From a virus, in UHGV virus genome UHGV-1752254: 22,781 nucleotides of DNA; one strand, written 5' to 3'. This document shows, piece by piece, positions 1 to 6,825 of this stretch. Numbering within the stretch: the stretch's first letter is position 1; each line of letters opens with the position of its first letter. The notes under the pieces were generated by a model, which saw only the letters and a program-made list of their open reading frames with translations, searched no databases and was not told the DNA's origin. Both the position numbers and the translations under genes were made by a program.

Positions 1-417
1 TCCACCACGAGAGTGTACGCCGTAGTCTATAAATACCTCATGCCAGCCTACTTGACTATCTTCAGAAGCGTTAGGCAGTTTGCTCTCGTAACTGGACAGA
101 GTATTTATGACATGTTACTAATAGTTGTCATTTGTTGTTTTCCATATTTACTCACCTTAATATGATTAACCCTGATAGGGTTGTTATTTCAGCGGTTTTC
201 AAATGAGATATTATGGTGATCTGGCAGATTTGCATAACATTAAAATTTAATTTGTTTAACCGCTTTTAATAATAAGCGTTGTTTGTATCCCAGCAATCTG
301 TTTTTTGGTTTTTATTCCATTAAGGTGGGGCTTTACACTGGAGCCAGTTTATTTATACTTCATACGTCAGCCTGAACAACTGGCATCTGCTGCGCTGCGC
401 CATCGAGAGATTAAGAA

Positions 418-1017
418 ATGGCGCATATACAACTGGTCAAACAAACCTCTTCCGGATTACTTCTCCCGGCGACGCCGGAGAGTTGTGATTTTCTGCATCA
501 AATCAAAATAGGCGAGTGGATACACGCAGACTTTAAGCGTGTGCGTAACTACGCATTCCACAAGCGTTTTTTCAAACTCCTGCAACTGGGATTCGATTAC
601 TGGACTCCGGTCGGTGGGGCGATCACGCCTCGCGAACGAGAACTGCTGTCTGGTTTCGTTGATTACCTGTGCGAATCAGTTGGTCGGGAACACACGCCAG
701 CCCTGAGTGATGCCGCAGAGCAATATCTGAATACAGTTGCGACACGCAGAACCCGGGATACGGCATTGCTAAAGTCGTTTGAGGCTTTTCGCGAGTGGGT
801 AACCATTCAGGCTGGATTTTACACCGAACATTTTTATCCGGACGGTAGCCGCGGGCGTCGGGCAAAATCTATCGCTTTTGCGAATATGGACGAAACCGAG
901 TTTCAGCAGGTTTATAAATCTGTTCTGAATGTGCTGTGGAACTGGATTCTGTTCCGTAAATTTTCCTCTCCGGAACAAGTCGAAAATGTGGCCGCGCAGC
1001 TGCTGGAGTTTGCGTAA
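418..1017 (+). CDS. Phage nin-region protein, DUF1367-like, function unknown
   Basis: 199-aa ORF starting at ATG 418. Its stop overlaps the next start (TAATG at 1015-1019), suggesting translational coupling. Position upstream of a YbcO-like gene and a Q-like gene fits a lambdoid nin region. Family assignment is from memory of similar prophage proteins, not a search. Confidence 0.6.
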   Translation: MAHIQLVKQTSSGLLLPATPESCDFLHQIKIGEWIHADFKRVRNYAFHKRFFKLLQLGFDYWTPVGGAITPRERELLSGFVDYLCESVGREHTPALSDAAEQYLNTVATRRTRDTALLKSFEAFREWVTIQAGFYTEHFYPDGSRGRRAKSIAFANMDETEFQQVYKSVLNVLWNWILFRKFSSPEQVENVAAQLLEFA

Positions 1018-1307
1018 TGGTGGATTTACGTAAAGCGGCGCGGGGGCGGATGTGCACCGTCAGAATTCTTGGCTACTGCAATCACGATCCGGAAACGTCT
1101 GTGCTGGCGCATTACCGACTGGCGGGAACGTGCGGAACAGCGACAAAACCACACGATATGCAGGCGGCGATTGCCTGTAGCTCATGCCACGATTTAATCG
1201 ACGGGCGGGTAAAAACAAGCGATTACACCAAAGAAGATTTACGCCTGATGCATGCAGAAGGTGTTTTTCGCACGCAAGAAATCTGGAGAAAGGAAGGTTA
1301 TTTATGA
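1017..1307 (+). CDS. YbcO-like (DUF1364) Cys-rich putative nuclease
   Basis: 96-aa product (MVDLRKAARGRMCTVRILGYCNHDPETSVLAH...CSSCHDLIDGR) matches my recollection of the DLP12 YbcO family in length and Cys/His pattern. Stop overlaps the next start (ATGA at 1304-1307). Confidence 0.7.
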   Translation: MVDLRKAARGRMCTVRILGYCNHDPETSVLAHYRLAGTCGTATKPHDMQAAIACSSCHDLIDGRVKTSDYTKEDLRLMHAEGVFRTQEIWRKEGYL

Positions 1308-1846
1308 TTTACCCAACAAATACAGGCAAAAGCGGGGAACACCTTCGTCTCACCACGCTGGAAAGTGTCTGGATTCAGGGAAAACTGCGCATGTGGGGGC
1401 GCTGGTCGTATATTGGCGGCGGTAAGACGGGGAATATGTTCAACCAGTTGTTGGCCTCTAAAAAGCTGACAAAAACGGCAATTAACGAGGCGCTCCGGAG
1501 GATGAAAAAAGCAGGTCTGAACAAGTCTGAACTTGAGGCTTTTTTGCGGGATATGATTAACGGTAAGCAAAAGAGCTGGCTGGCGCATTGTACTGATGCA
1601 GAGGCGTTATGTATTGATCGGGTCATAAGTGAGGTGCTGGCAGAGCATCCAGGATTGATTAGCGTCCTTCGGCAACGGTATGAGGGGCGGGGGATGACCA
1701 AACGCAAAATGGCTGAATTGCTAAATGATGCACACCCAGAGTGGTGTTTTAGCACATGCGAAAAGCGAATTGCTAATTGGTTGGCCGTTGCTGAGTATGC
1801 GCTATACATTCCCATGCGAGAATCATTCGCTCAAAAAACGGCTTGA
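1304..1846 (+). CDS. Putative late-gene regulator (Q-like antiterminator by position; family uncertain)
   Basis: 180-aa ORF from ATG 1304. The track ORF 1184..1846 is the same frame with an upstream start that would overlap the preceding gene. It is the last nin-type gene before a promoter/terminator pair, the tRNAs and the lysis cassette, which is where Q sits in lambdoid phages. I do not recognise the sequence as a specific Q family. Confidence 0.45.
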   Translation: MIYPTNTGKSGEHLRLTTLESVWIQGKLRMWGRWSYIGGGKTGNMFNQLLASKKLTKTAINEALRRMKKAGLNKSELEAFLRDMINGKQKSWLAHCTDAEALCIDRVISEVLAEHPGLISVLRQRYEGRGMTKRKMAELLNDAHPEWCFSTCEKRIANWLAVAEYALYIPMRESFAQKTA

Positions 1847-1871
1847 TTTTTTACGCATAAACTGCTTCAAT
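1843..1871 (+). promoter_or_regulatory. Candidate late promoter (P_R'-like): TTGATT, 17-nt spacer, TTCAAT
   Basis: -35-like TTGATT at 1843-1848 and -10-like TTCAAT at 1866-1871, just downstream of the Q-like gene and about 60 nt upstream of an intrinsic terminator. Weak match to consensus. Confidence 0.2.
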
Positions 1872-1931
1872 TTTGCTACGCTTCGCAAAGCTGTATCGCG
1901 AGGCGAATCAAGCGCAATTAAACTTTAATAG

Positions 1932-1960
1932 AACCCGCCATCGAGCGGGTTTTGTTGTTT
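1932..1960 (+). terminator. Intrinsic terminator (tR'-like) downstream of the Q-like gene
   Basis: Perfect 7-bp stem AACCCGC / GCGGGTT (1932-1938 and 1945-1951) with a 6-nt loop, followed by TTGTTGTTT. Confidence 0.6.
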
Positions 1961-2092
1961 CTGTGGTGTGATATCAGAAACGACATTTAATCATCGCCTT
2001 CAAAATAAATTTATTTATATGTTGTTGTATATATTTTAAGTGAAAGTGAATTATTCACATAAAATAAAAACATATAAATAAATTTACATAAC

Positions 2093-2121
2093 TTGACGCA
2101 AAGTGTTGTTGCGATTGGAAT
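2093..2121 (+). promoter_or_regulatory. Candidate sigma70 promoter for the tRNA pair, with AT-rich upstream region
   Basis: TTGACG at 2093-2098, 17-nt spacer, TGGAAT at 2116-2121. An extremely AT-rich tract at about 1990-2090 could act as an UP element. The tRNAs start about 80 nt downstream. Confidence 0.3.
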
Positions 2122-2199
2122 ATTAAATCGTATTATCGAAAACGGTTCTGAGGGGGAACTCTTCTTTGCTCGGTGATATCGCTCCCCTGAAGAACCAAT

Positions 2200-2275
<76 letters not shown>

Positions 2276-2278
2276 TAT

Positions 2279-2353
<75 letters not shown>

Positions 2354-2711
2354 GAGAAACAAGCCTTATTGTATCGTGGCACTGGCGTATTTTTTATTAC
2401 GTGGGGTGGGTTGTTTTAAAAAGACAATCCGTTCTCTGACTATGATTGGAGGTCGGTTGTAGTCACAGTGCTAATTTTTTTACGGCAGCAGAATGGTGCA
2501 TTATCGGTGGAGATTTTGTATTTCCTGGCAGGGTCGGTGATGCATCATTCTGGCGTTGTAAAAGCACCGCAGAGGTGTTCCTCAGTGCGAGGGTGGTTTA
2601 GATAGTGGTTTGGCGGGGAATCACAATATCTGTTGTAGAGATGGATATTTCGGGAGGCACCCGACACCTCGATTCTTATTACAATAAAATGATTTATCTC
2701 ATGCAGTGACC

Positions 2712-2738
2712 AACCGCCATATTTGGCGGTTTTTTTTA
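2712..2738 (+). terminator. Strong intrinsic terminator closing the tRNA transcription unit
   Basis: 8-bp stem AACCGCCA / TGGCGGTT with loop TATT, followed by a run of eight or more T. Confidence 0.7.
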
Positions 2739-2762
2739 TTCCTTCCTCAGGACAAAAAAAGA

Positions 2763-2797
2763 CACGAGCATCCTGGAATACTCGTGGGACAAAGTCC
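2763..2797 (+). repeat. Hairpin-plus-GGGACAAAGTCC module, copy 1
   Basis: Inverted repeat CACGAG (2763-2768) / CTCGTG (2781-2786) with a 12-nt loop, immediately followed by GGGACAAAGTCC (2786-2797), which contains the palindrome GGAC-N3-GTCC. Confidence 0.5.
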
Positions 2798-2832
2798 TTT
2801 AGATAGCAATTTGCGAGAGGGTGAAAAAGTAG

Positions 2833-2867
2833 CGCGGTCGTCGGATTAAGACCGCGGGACAAAGTCC
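2833..2867 (+). repeat. Hairpin-plus-GGGACAAAGTCC module, copy 2
   Basis: Inverted repeat CGCGGTC (2833-2839) / GACCGCG (2850-2856) with a 10-nt loop, immediately followed by an identical GGGACAAAGTCC (2856-2867). Same architecture as copy 1, 70 bp downstream. Confidence 0.5.
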
Positions 2868-3127
2868 ATGAAGAATAATAAGTATTGGCCCCCTTCTGGG
2901 GACATGTTCATACTACTAAGCTTCAGAAGTGGTTTAAATCATCAAATTGACCTTAATTTTCGATAAGTCTTATTTCATTTCTTTGCGCCACATCTGGCGC
3001 GCATCAAATAACGCCACGCAAAGGGCATCTGCGGATGCCGGTGCTTTTGACGGGGTGTTTTTTACGGGCCGCTGGTGGCCATTTTTTGTTTCCATTACAC
3101 AGCGCCCGCATCTGCGAGGTGGGGGTT

Positions 3128-3343
3128 ATGAAATCCATGGATAAGTTAACAACGGGTGTCGCCTATGGCACCTCCGCAGGCAGTGCTGGCTACTGGTTTT
3201 TACAGTTGCTCGATAGAGTAACTCCGTCACAGTGGGCTGCAATCGGTGTGCTGGGTAGTCTGGTATTTGGCCTGCTGACGTACCTGACAAACCTTTATTT
3301 CAAGATTAAAGAAGATAAGCGCAAGGCTGCGAGAGGTGAATAA
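3128..3343 (+). CDS. S: Class II holin (pinholin), phage 21 S-like, with dual-start motif
   Basis: 71-aa product [71 protein letters not shown]: two TM helices and a charged C-terminus. Met1-Lys-Ser-Met4 gives the antiholin/holin dual starts (ATG 3128 and ATG 3137). G-rich RBS upstream. The track ORF 3035..3343 is the same frame with an unlikely upstream start. Confidence 0.9.
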   Translation: MKSMDKLTTGVAYGTSAGSAGYWFLQLLDRVTPSQWAAIGVLGSLVFGLLTYLTNLYFKIKEDKRKAARGE

Positions 3344-3840
3344 TGCCTCCATCATTACGAAAAGCCGTTGCTGCTGCTATTGGTGGCGGAGCAATTGCTA
3401 TAGCATCAGTGTTAATCACTGGCCCAAGTGGTAACGATGGTCTGGAAGGTGTCAGCTACATACCATATAAAGATATCGTTGGTGTATGGACTGTATGTCA
3501 CGGACACACCGGAAAAGACATCATTCCCGGTAAAACGTATACCGAAGCAGAATGCAAAGCCCTCCTGAATAAAGACCTTGCCACGGTCGCCAGACAAATT
3601 AACCCGTACATCAAAGTCGATATACCGGAAACAACGCGCGGCGCTCTTTACTCATTCGTTTACAACGTGGGTGCTGGCAATTTCAGAACATCGACGCTTC
3701 TTCGCAAAATAAACCAGGGCGATATCAAAGGCGCATGTGATCAGCTACGTCGCTGGACATATGCTGGCGGTAAGCAATGGAAAGGTCTCATGACTCGTCG
3801 TGAGATTGAGCGTGAAATCTGTTTGTGGGGTCAGCAATGA
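3343..3840 (+). CDS. R: SAR endolysin (lysozyme), phage 21 R-like
   Basis: 165-aa product with an N-terminal Gly/Ala-rich signal-anchor-release segment ([20 protein letters not shown]) followed by a lysozyme-like domain. Start overlaps the holin stop (TAATG). Confidence 0.9.
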   Translation: MPPSLRKAVAAAIGGGAIAIASVLITGPSGNDGLEGVSYIPYKDIVGVWTVCHGHTGKDIIPGKTYTEAECKALLNKDLATVARQINPYIKVDIPETTRGALYSFVYNVGAGNFRTSTLLRKINQGDIKGACDQLRRWTYAGGKQWKGLMTRREIEREICLWGQQ

Positions 3841-4301
3841 ACAGAGTAACCGCGATTATCTCCGCTCTGGTTATCTGCATCGTCGTCTGCCTGTCATGGG
3901 CTGTTAATCATTACCGTGATAACGCCATCGCCTACAAAGAACAGCGCGACAAAAATGCCAGAGAACTGAAGCTGGCGAACGCGGCAATTACTGACATGCA
4001 GATGCGTCAGCGTGATGTTGCTGCGCTCGATGCAAAATACACGAAGGAGTTAGCTGATGCGAAAGCTGAAAATGATGTTCTGCGTGATGATGTTGCCGCT
4101 GGTCGTCGTCGGTTGCACATCAAAGCAGTCTGTCAGTCAGTGCGTGAAGCCACCACCGCCTCCGGCGTGGATAATGCAGCCTCCCCCCGACTGGCAGACA
4201 CCGCTGAACGGGATTATTTCACCCTCCGGGAACGACTGGTAATGATGCAGGCCCAACTTGAAGGTGCTCAGCAATACATAACCGAGCAGTGTTTAAAGTA
4301 A
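3837..4301 (+). CDS. Rz: Rz i-spanin (inner-membrane spanin subunit)
   Basis: ATG 3837 overlaps the endolysin stop (ATGA). N-terminal TM segment ([20 protein letters not shown]) followed by a long charged, coiled-coil-like periplasmic domain. Position immediately after R. Confidence 0.85.
   Translation: MNRVTAIISALVICIVVCLSWAVNHYRDNAIAYKEQRDKNARELKLANAAITDMQMRQRDVAALDAKYTKELADAKAENDVLRDDVAAGRRRLHIKAVCQSVREATTASGVDNAASPRLADTAERDYFTLRERLVMMQAQLEGAQQYITEQCLK
4057..4242 (+). CDS. Rz1: Rz1 o-spanin lipoprotein, embedded in the +1 frame of Rz
   Basis: 61-aa ORF wholly inside Rz in another frame. Signal peptide ending in the lipobox LVVVGC, then a proline-rich mature region (PPPPPAW...PPPDW). AAGGAG RBS 7 nt upstream of ATG 4057. 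Confidence 0.8.
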   Translation: MRKLKMMFCVMMLPLVVVGCTSKQSVSQCVKPPPPPAWIMQPPPDWQTPLNGIISPSGNDW

Positions 4302-4438
4302 AATCTTAACTACAATATGATTCATTTTGATGATTGTTTCATAAGGAACAGTGAAGTAAGATCTAAGAGGAGTTAAATTTTATACAGTATAATCATAATA
4401 TTGCAGCAAGGTGGTTATAATTGAAAGAATATTTAGAT

Positions 4439-5896
4439 ATGAATACATCTCATGTAAGAGTTGTTACTCATATGTGTGGGTTCCTGGTTTGGCTCTATAG
4501 TCTTTCAATGTTGCCACCAATGGTTGTAGCATTGTTTTATAAAGAAAAAAGCCTGTTCGTTTTCTTTATAACTTTCGTTATATTTTTTTGCATTGGTGGC
4601 GGAGCGTGGTATACAACTAAGAAATCTGGCATTCAATTACGTACCCGTGATGGGTTTATTATAATTGTAATGTTTTGGATTTTGTTTTCTGTTATTAGTG
4701 CATTCCCTTTATGGATTGACTCAGAACTTAATTTAACGTTCATTGATGCTCTGTTTGAAGGGGTTTCTGGAATAACAACAACAGGAGCAACTGTAATTGA
4801 TGATGTTAGTTCATTACCTCGGGCATATTTGTACTATCGGTCACAGTTAAATTTTATAGGTGGTTTAGGAGTTATTGTTCTGGCGGTTGCTGTATTGCCA
4901 TTATTGGGTATTGGTGGTGCAAAGCTTTATCAGTCAGAAATGCCGGGGCCATTTAAGGATGACAAACTCACTCCCCGCCTGGCCGATACGTCACGGACAC
5001 TGTGGATAACTTATTCTTTATTAGGTATTGCTTGTATTGTCTGTTATAGACTTGCAGGAATGCCTTTGTTTGATGCTATTTGTCACGGGATTTCCACAGT
5101 TTCGCTTGGTGGTTTCTCAACTCATAGCGAGAGTATCGGATATTTTAATAACTATTTGGTTGAGCTGGTGGCTGGTTCTTTTTCCCTGCTATCGGCTTTC
5201 AACTTCACTCTTTGGTATATTGTTATTAGCAGGAAAACGATAAAACCTTTAATCAGAGATATTGAACTTCGTTTCTTTCTGTTAATAGCCTTAGGGGTGA
5301 TCATTGTTACCTCTTTCCAGGTCTGGCATATAGGTATGTATGACTTGCATGGAAGTTTTATTCATTCGTTTTTTCTTGCCAGCTCCATGCTCACTGATAA
5401 TGGTTTAGCTACGCAGGATTATGCAAGTTGGCCCACGCACACGATAGTGTTTTTGCTGTTGTCAAGTTTCTTTGGGGGATGTATAGGTTCAACTTGTGGT
5501 GGAATTAAGTCACTTCGATTTCTTATACTTTTCAAACAAAGCAAACACGAGATAAATCAGCTTTCTCATCCCAGAGCGTTGTTGAGTGTAAATGTAGGAG
5601 GGAAGATAGTTACAGATCGTGTAATGAGGTCTGTATGGAGTTTCTTTTTTCTTTATACTCTCTTCACGGTGTTTTTTATACTGGTGTTAAATGGTATGGG
5701 ATATGATTTTCTTACATCATTTGCAACAGTGGCTGCATGTATTAATAATATGGGATTAGGTTTTGGGGCTACTGCATCGTCATTCGGAGTGCTTAATGAC
5801 ATTGCAAAATGTTTAATGTGCATAGCTATGATTCTTGGTCGCCTTGAAATTTATCCTGTTATTATATTGTTTTCAGGTTTTTTTTGGCGCTCCTAA
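4439..5896 (+). CDS. trkG: Trk-system K+ uptake protein, TrkH/TrkG family
   Basis: 485-aa polytopic membrane protein from ATG 4439, starting MNTSHVRVVTHMCGF as I recall Rac-prophage TrkG. An in-frame TTG at 4421 with an AAGGTGG RBS is an alternative start. Several glycine-rich selectivity-filter-like motifs (TTTGATV, GGLGV, SLGGFS, GSTCGG, NNMGLG). The gene and its upstream region are visibly AT-rich relative to the flanks. Confidence 0.9.
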   Translation: MNTSHVRVVTHMCGFLVWLYSLSMLPPMVVALFYKEKSLFVFFITFVIFFCIGGGAWYTTKKSGIQLRTRDGFIIIVMFWILFSVISAFPLWIDSELNLTFIDALFEGVSGITTTGATVIDDVSSLPRAYLYYRSQLNFIGGLGVIVLAVAVLPLLGIGGAKLYQSEMPGPFKDDKLTPRLADTSRTLWITYSLLGIACIVCYRLAGMPLFDAICHGISTVSLGGFSTHSESIGYFNNYLVELVAGSFSLLSAFNFTLWYIVISRKTIKPLIRDIELRFFLLIALGVIIVTSFQVWHIGMYDLHGSFIHSFFLASSMLTDNGLATQDYASWPTHTIVFLLLSSFFGGCIGSTCGGIKSLRFLILFKQSKHEINQLSHPRALLSVNVGGKIVTDRVMRSVWSFFFLYTLFTVFFILVLNGMGYDFLTSFATVAACINNMGLGFGATASSFGVLNDIAKCLMCIAMILGRLEIYPVIILFSGFFWRS

Positions 5897-5982
5897 TATA
5901 TGGCTGATTTATAATTGTGAGTTTAATATTATGTTGACTCACTCATTGATCCAATACCTAACTTTACCAGCAACCCCTCCGT

Positions 5983-6018
5983 CCCCAGTAGCACTGGCTG
6001 CTGGGGTGCGTTTTATTC
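5983..6018 (+). terminator. Possible weak terminator after trkG
   Basis: Stem CCCCAG (5983-5988) / CTGGGG (6001-6006) with a 12-nt loop, followed by TGCG and TTTTATT. The U-tract is offset, so this is weak. Confidence 0.3.
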
Positions 6019-6033
6019 ATAAAGCAAGGCTGT

Positions 6034-6825
6034 ATGAGCGAGAAATTAAAGATAGTCTATCGCCCATTACAAGAATTGTCACCGTATGCGCACAACGCCA
6101 GGACGCACAGCCCTGAGCAGGTGGCACAACTGGTAGAAAGTATTAAGCAATTCGGCTGGACTAATCCGGTGCTGATTGACGAAAAGGGCGAAATTATTGC
6201 GGGTCACGGTCGTGTTATGGCGGCTGAAATGCTCAAAATGGATTCTGTTCCGGTCATTGTTCTGTCTGGCCTGACGGATGAGCAGAAAAAGGCGTACCGC
6301 CTGGCAGATAATCGCCTGCCGATGAATGCTGGCTGGGATGAAGATCTGTTGCGGATGGAGCTGTCGGACCTAATCAATGCTGATTTTGATGTCTCCCTGA
6401 CAGGCTTCATCCCGACAGAAATTGATGAACTGTTGACGGATGTTTTGCCCGGTACAGGAAATGAGGAGGAGCCGTATACGACGAAAATTGATACGCCTGT
6501 TTATGAGCCGTCGGGCGGTAAACCGGATATCAGTGAACTGTACGACGATACGAAAACTCAGGAGCTGATCAGCCGGATACGTTCGGCGTCCCTTGAGCCT
6601 GATATTGAGAAATTCCTCCTGTGTGCGGCAGAACGTCACACGGTGTTTAATTTCAGCAGAATTGCGGACTATTACGCTCACGCCCCCTCTGAAATTCAGT
6701 GTTTTTTCGAGGAGTCGGCGCTGGTGATCATTGATTATCAGCAGGCTATTGAAAATGGATTTGTCCGGATGACGCAGCGCATGGTGGAGATCATGCATGG
6801 TGGTGAGGAGGAGGAATATGCGTGA
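6034..6825 (+). CDS. ParB-like nuclease-domain (ParB/Srx fold) protein
   Basis: 263-aa product. The N-terminal ~100 aa carry ParB N-terminal domain hallmarks (YRPLQELSPYAHNARTHSPEQV...PVLIDEKGEIIAGHGRVMAA...RLADN). Acidic, poorly characterised C-terminal half. Occupies the position of ynaK next to trkG in Rac-type prophages. Confidence 0.85.
   Translation: MSEKLKIVYRPLQELSPYAHNARTHSPEQVAQLVESIKQFGWTNPVLIDEKGEIIAGHGRVMAAEMLKMDSVPVIVLSGLTDEQKKAYRLADNRLPMNAGWDEDLLRMELSDLINADFDVSLTGFIPTEIDELLTDVLPGTGNEEEPYTTKIDTPVYEPSGGKPDISELYDDTKTQELISRIRSASLEPDIEKFLLCAAERHTVFNFSRIADYYAHAPSEIQCFFEESALVIIDYQQAIENGFVRMTQRMVEIMHGGEEEEYA

Noticed and set aside
1-165. Possible 3' end of a + strand gene entering from the left (frame 1 is open to a TGA at about 163-165)
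   Set aside because: The translation is low-complexity and hydrophobic without recognisable features, no complete ORF exists, and 100-400 is AT-rich and promoter-like. Treated as non-coding or unknown.
305-511. 68-aa + ORF from the track
   Set aside because: Overlaps the start of the DUF1367-like gene out of frame and has an arginine-rich junk-like tail. Probably spurious.
1184-1303. N-terminal extension of the Q-like ORF as listed in the track (start 1184)
   Set aside because: It would overlap most of the YbcO-like gene in another frame. ATG 1304 with the ATGA stop-start overlap is the more plausible start.
2545-2862. 105-aa minus-strand ORF
   Set aside because: It lies across the terminator and the hairpin repeat modules, which would be antisense to late transcription, has no RBS, and its composition does not look protein-like.
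2947-3127. TTG-initiated 65-aa ORF (2947..3144) and the upstream extension of the holin frame from ATG 3035
   Set aside because: The holin has a well-defined dual-start motif at 3128/3137 with a G-rich RBS. The upstream frames cross hairpin-rich leader sequence.
4421-4438. TTG start for trkG (track start 4421, adding MKEYLD)
   Set aside because: The ATG at 4439 gives the N-terminus I recall for TrkG, though the AAGGTGG RBS positioned for the TTG means this alternative cannot be excluded.
6370-6798. Minus-strand ORFs inside the ParB-like gene (6204..6410, 6370..6798), and similar antisense ORFs elsewhere (for example 10494..10982 and 19120..19467)
   Set aside because: They lie entirely within strongly supported + strand genes and lack RBS. 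Typical shadow ORFs.
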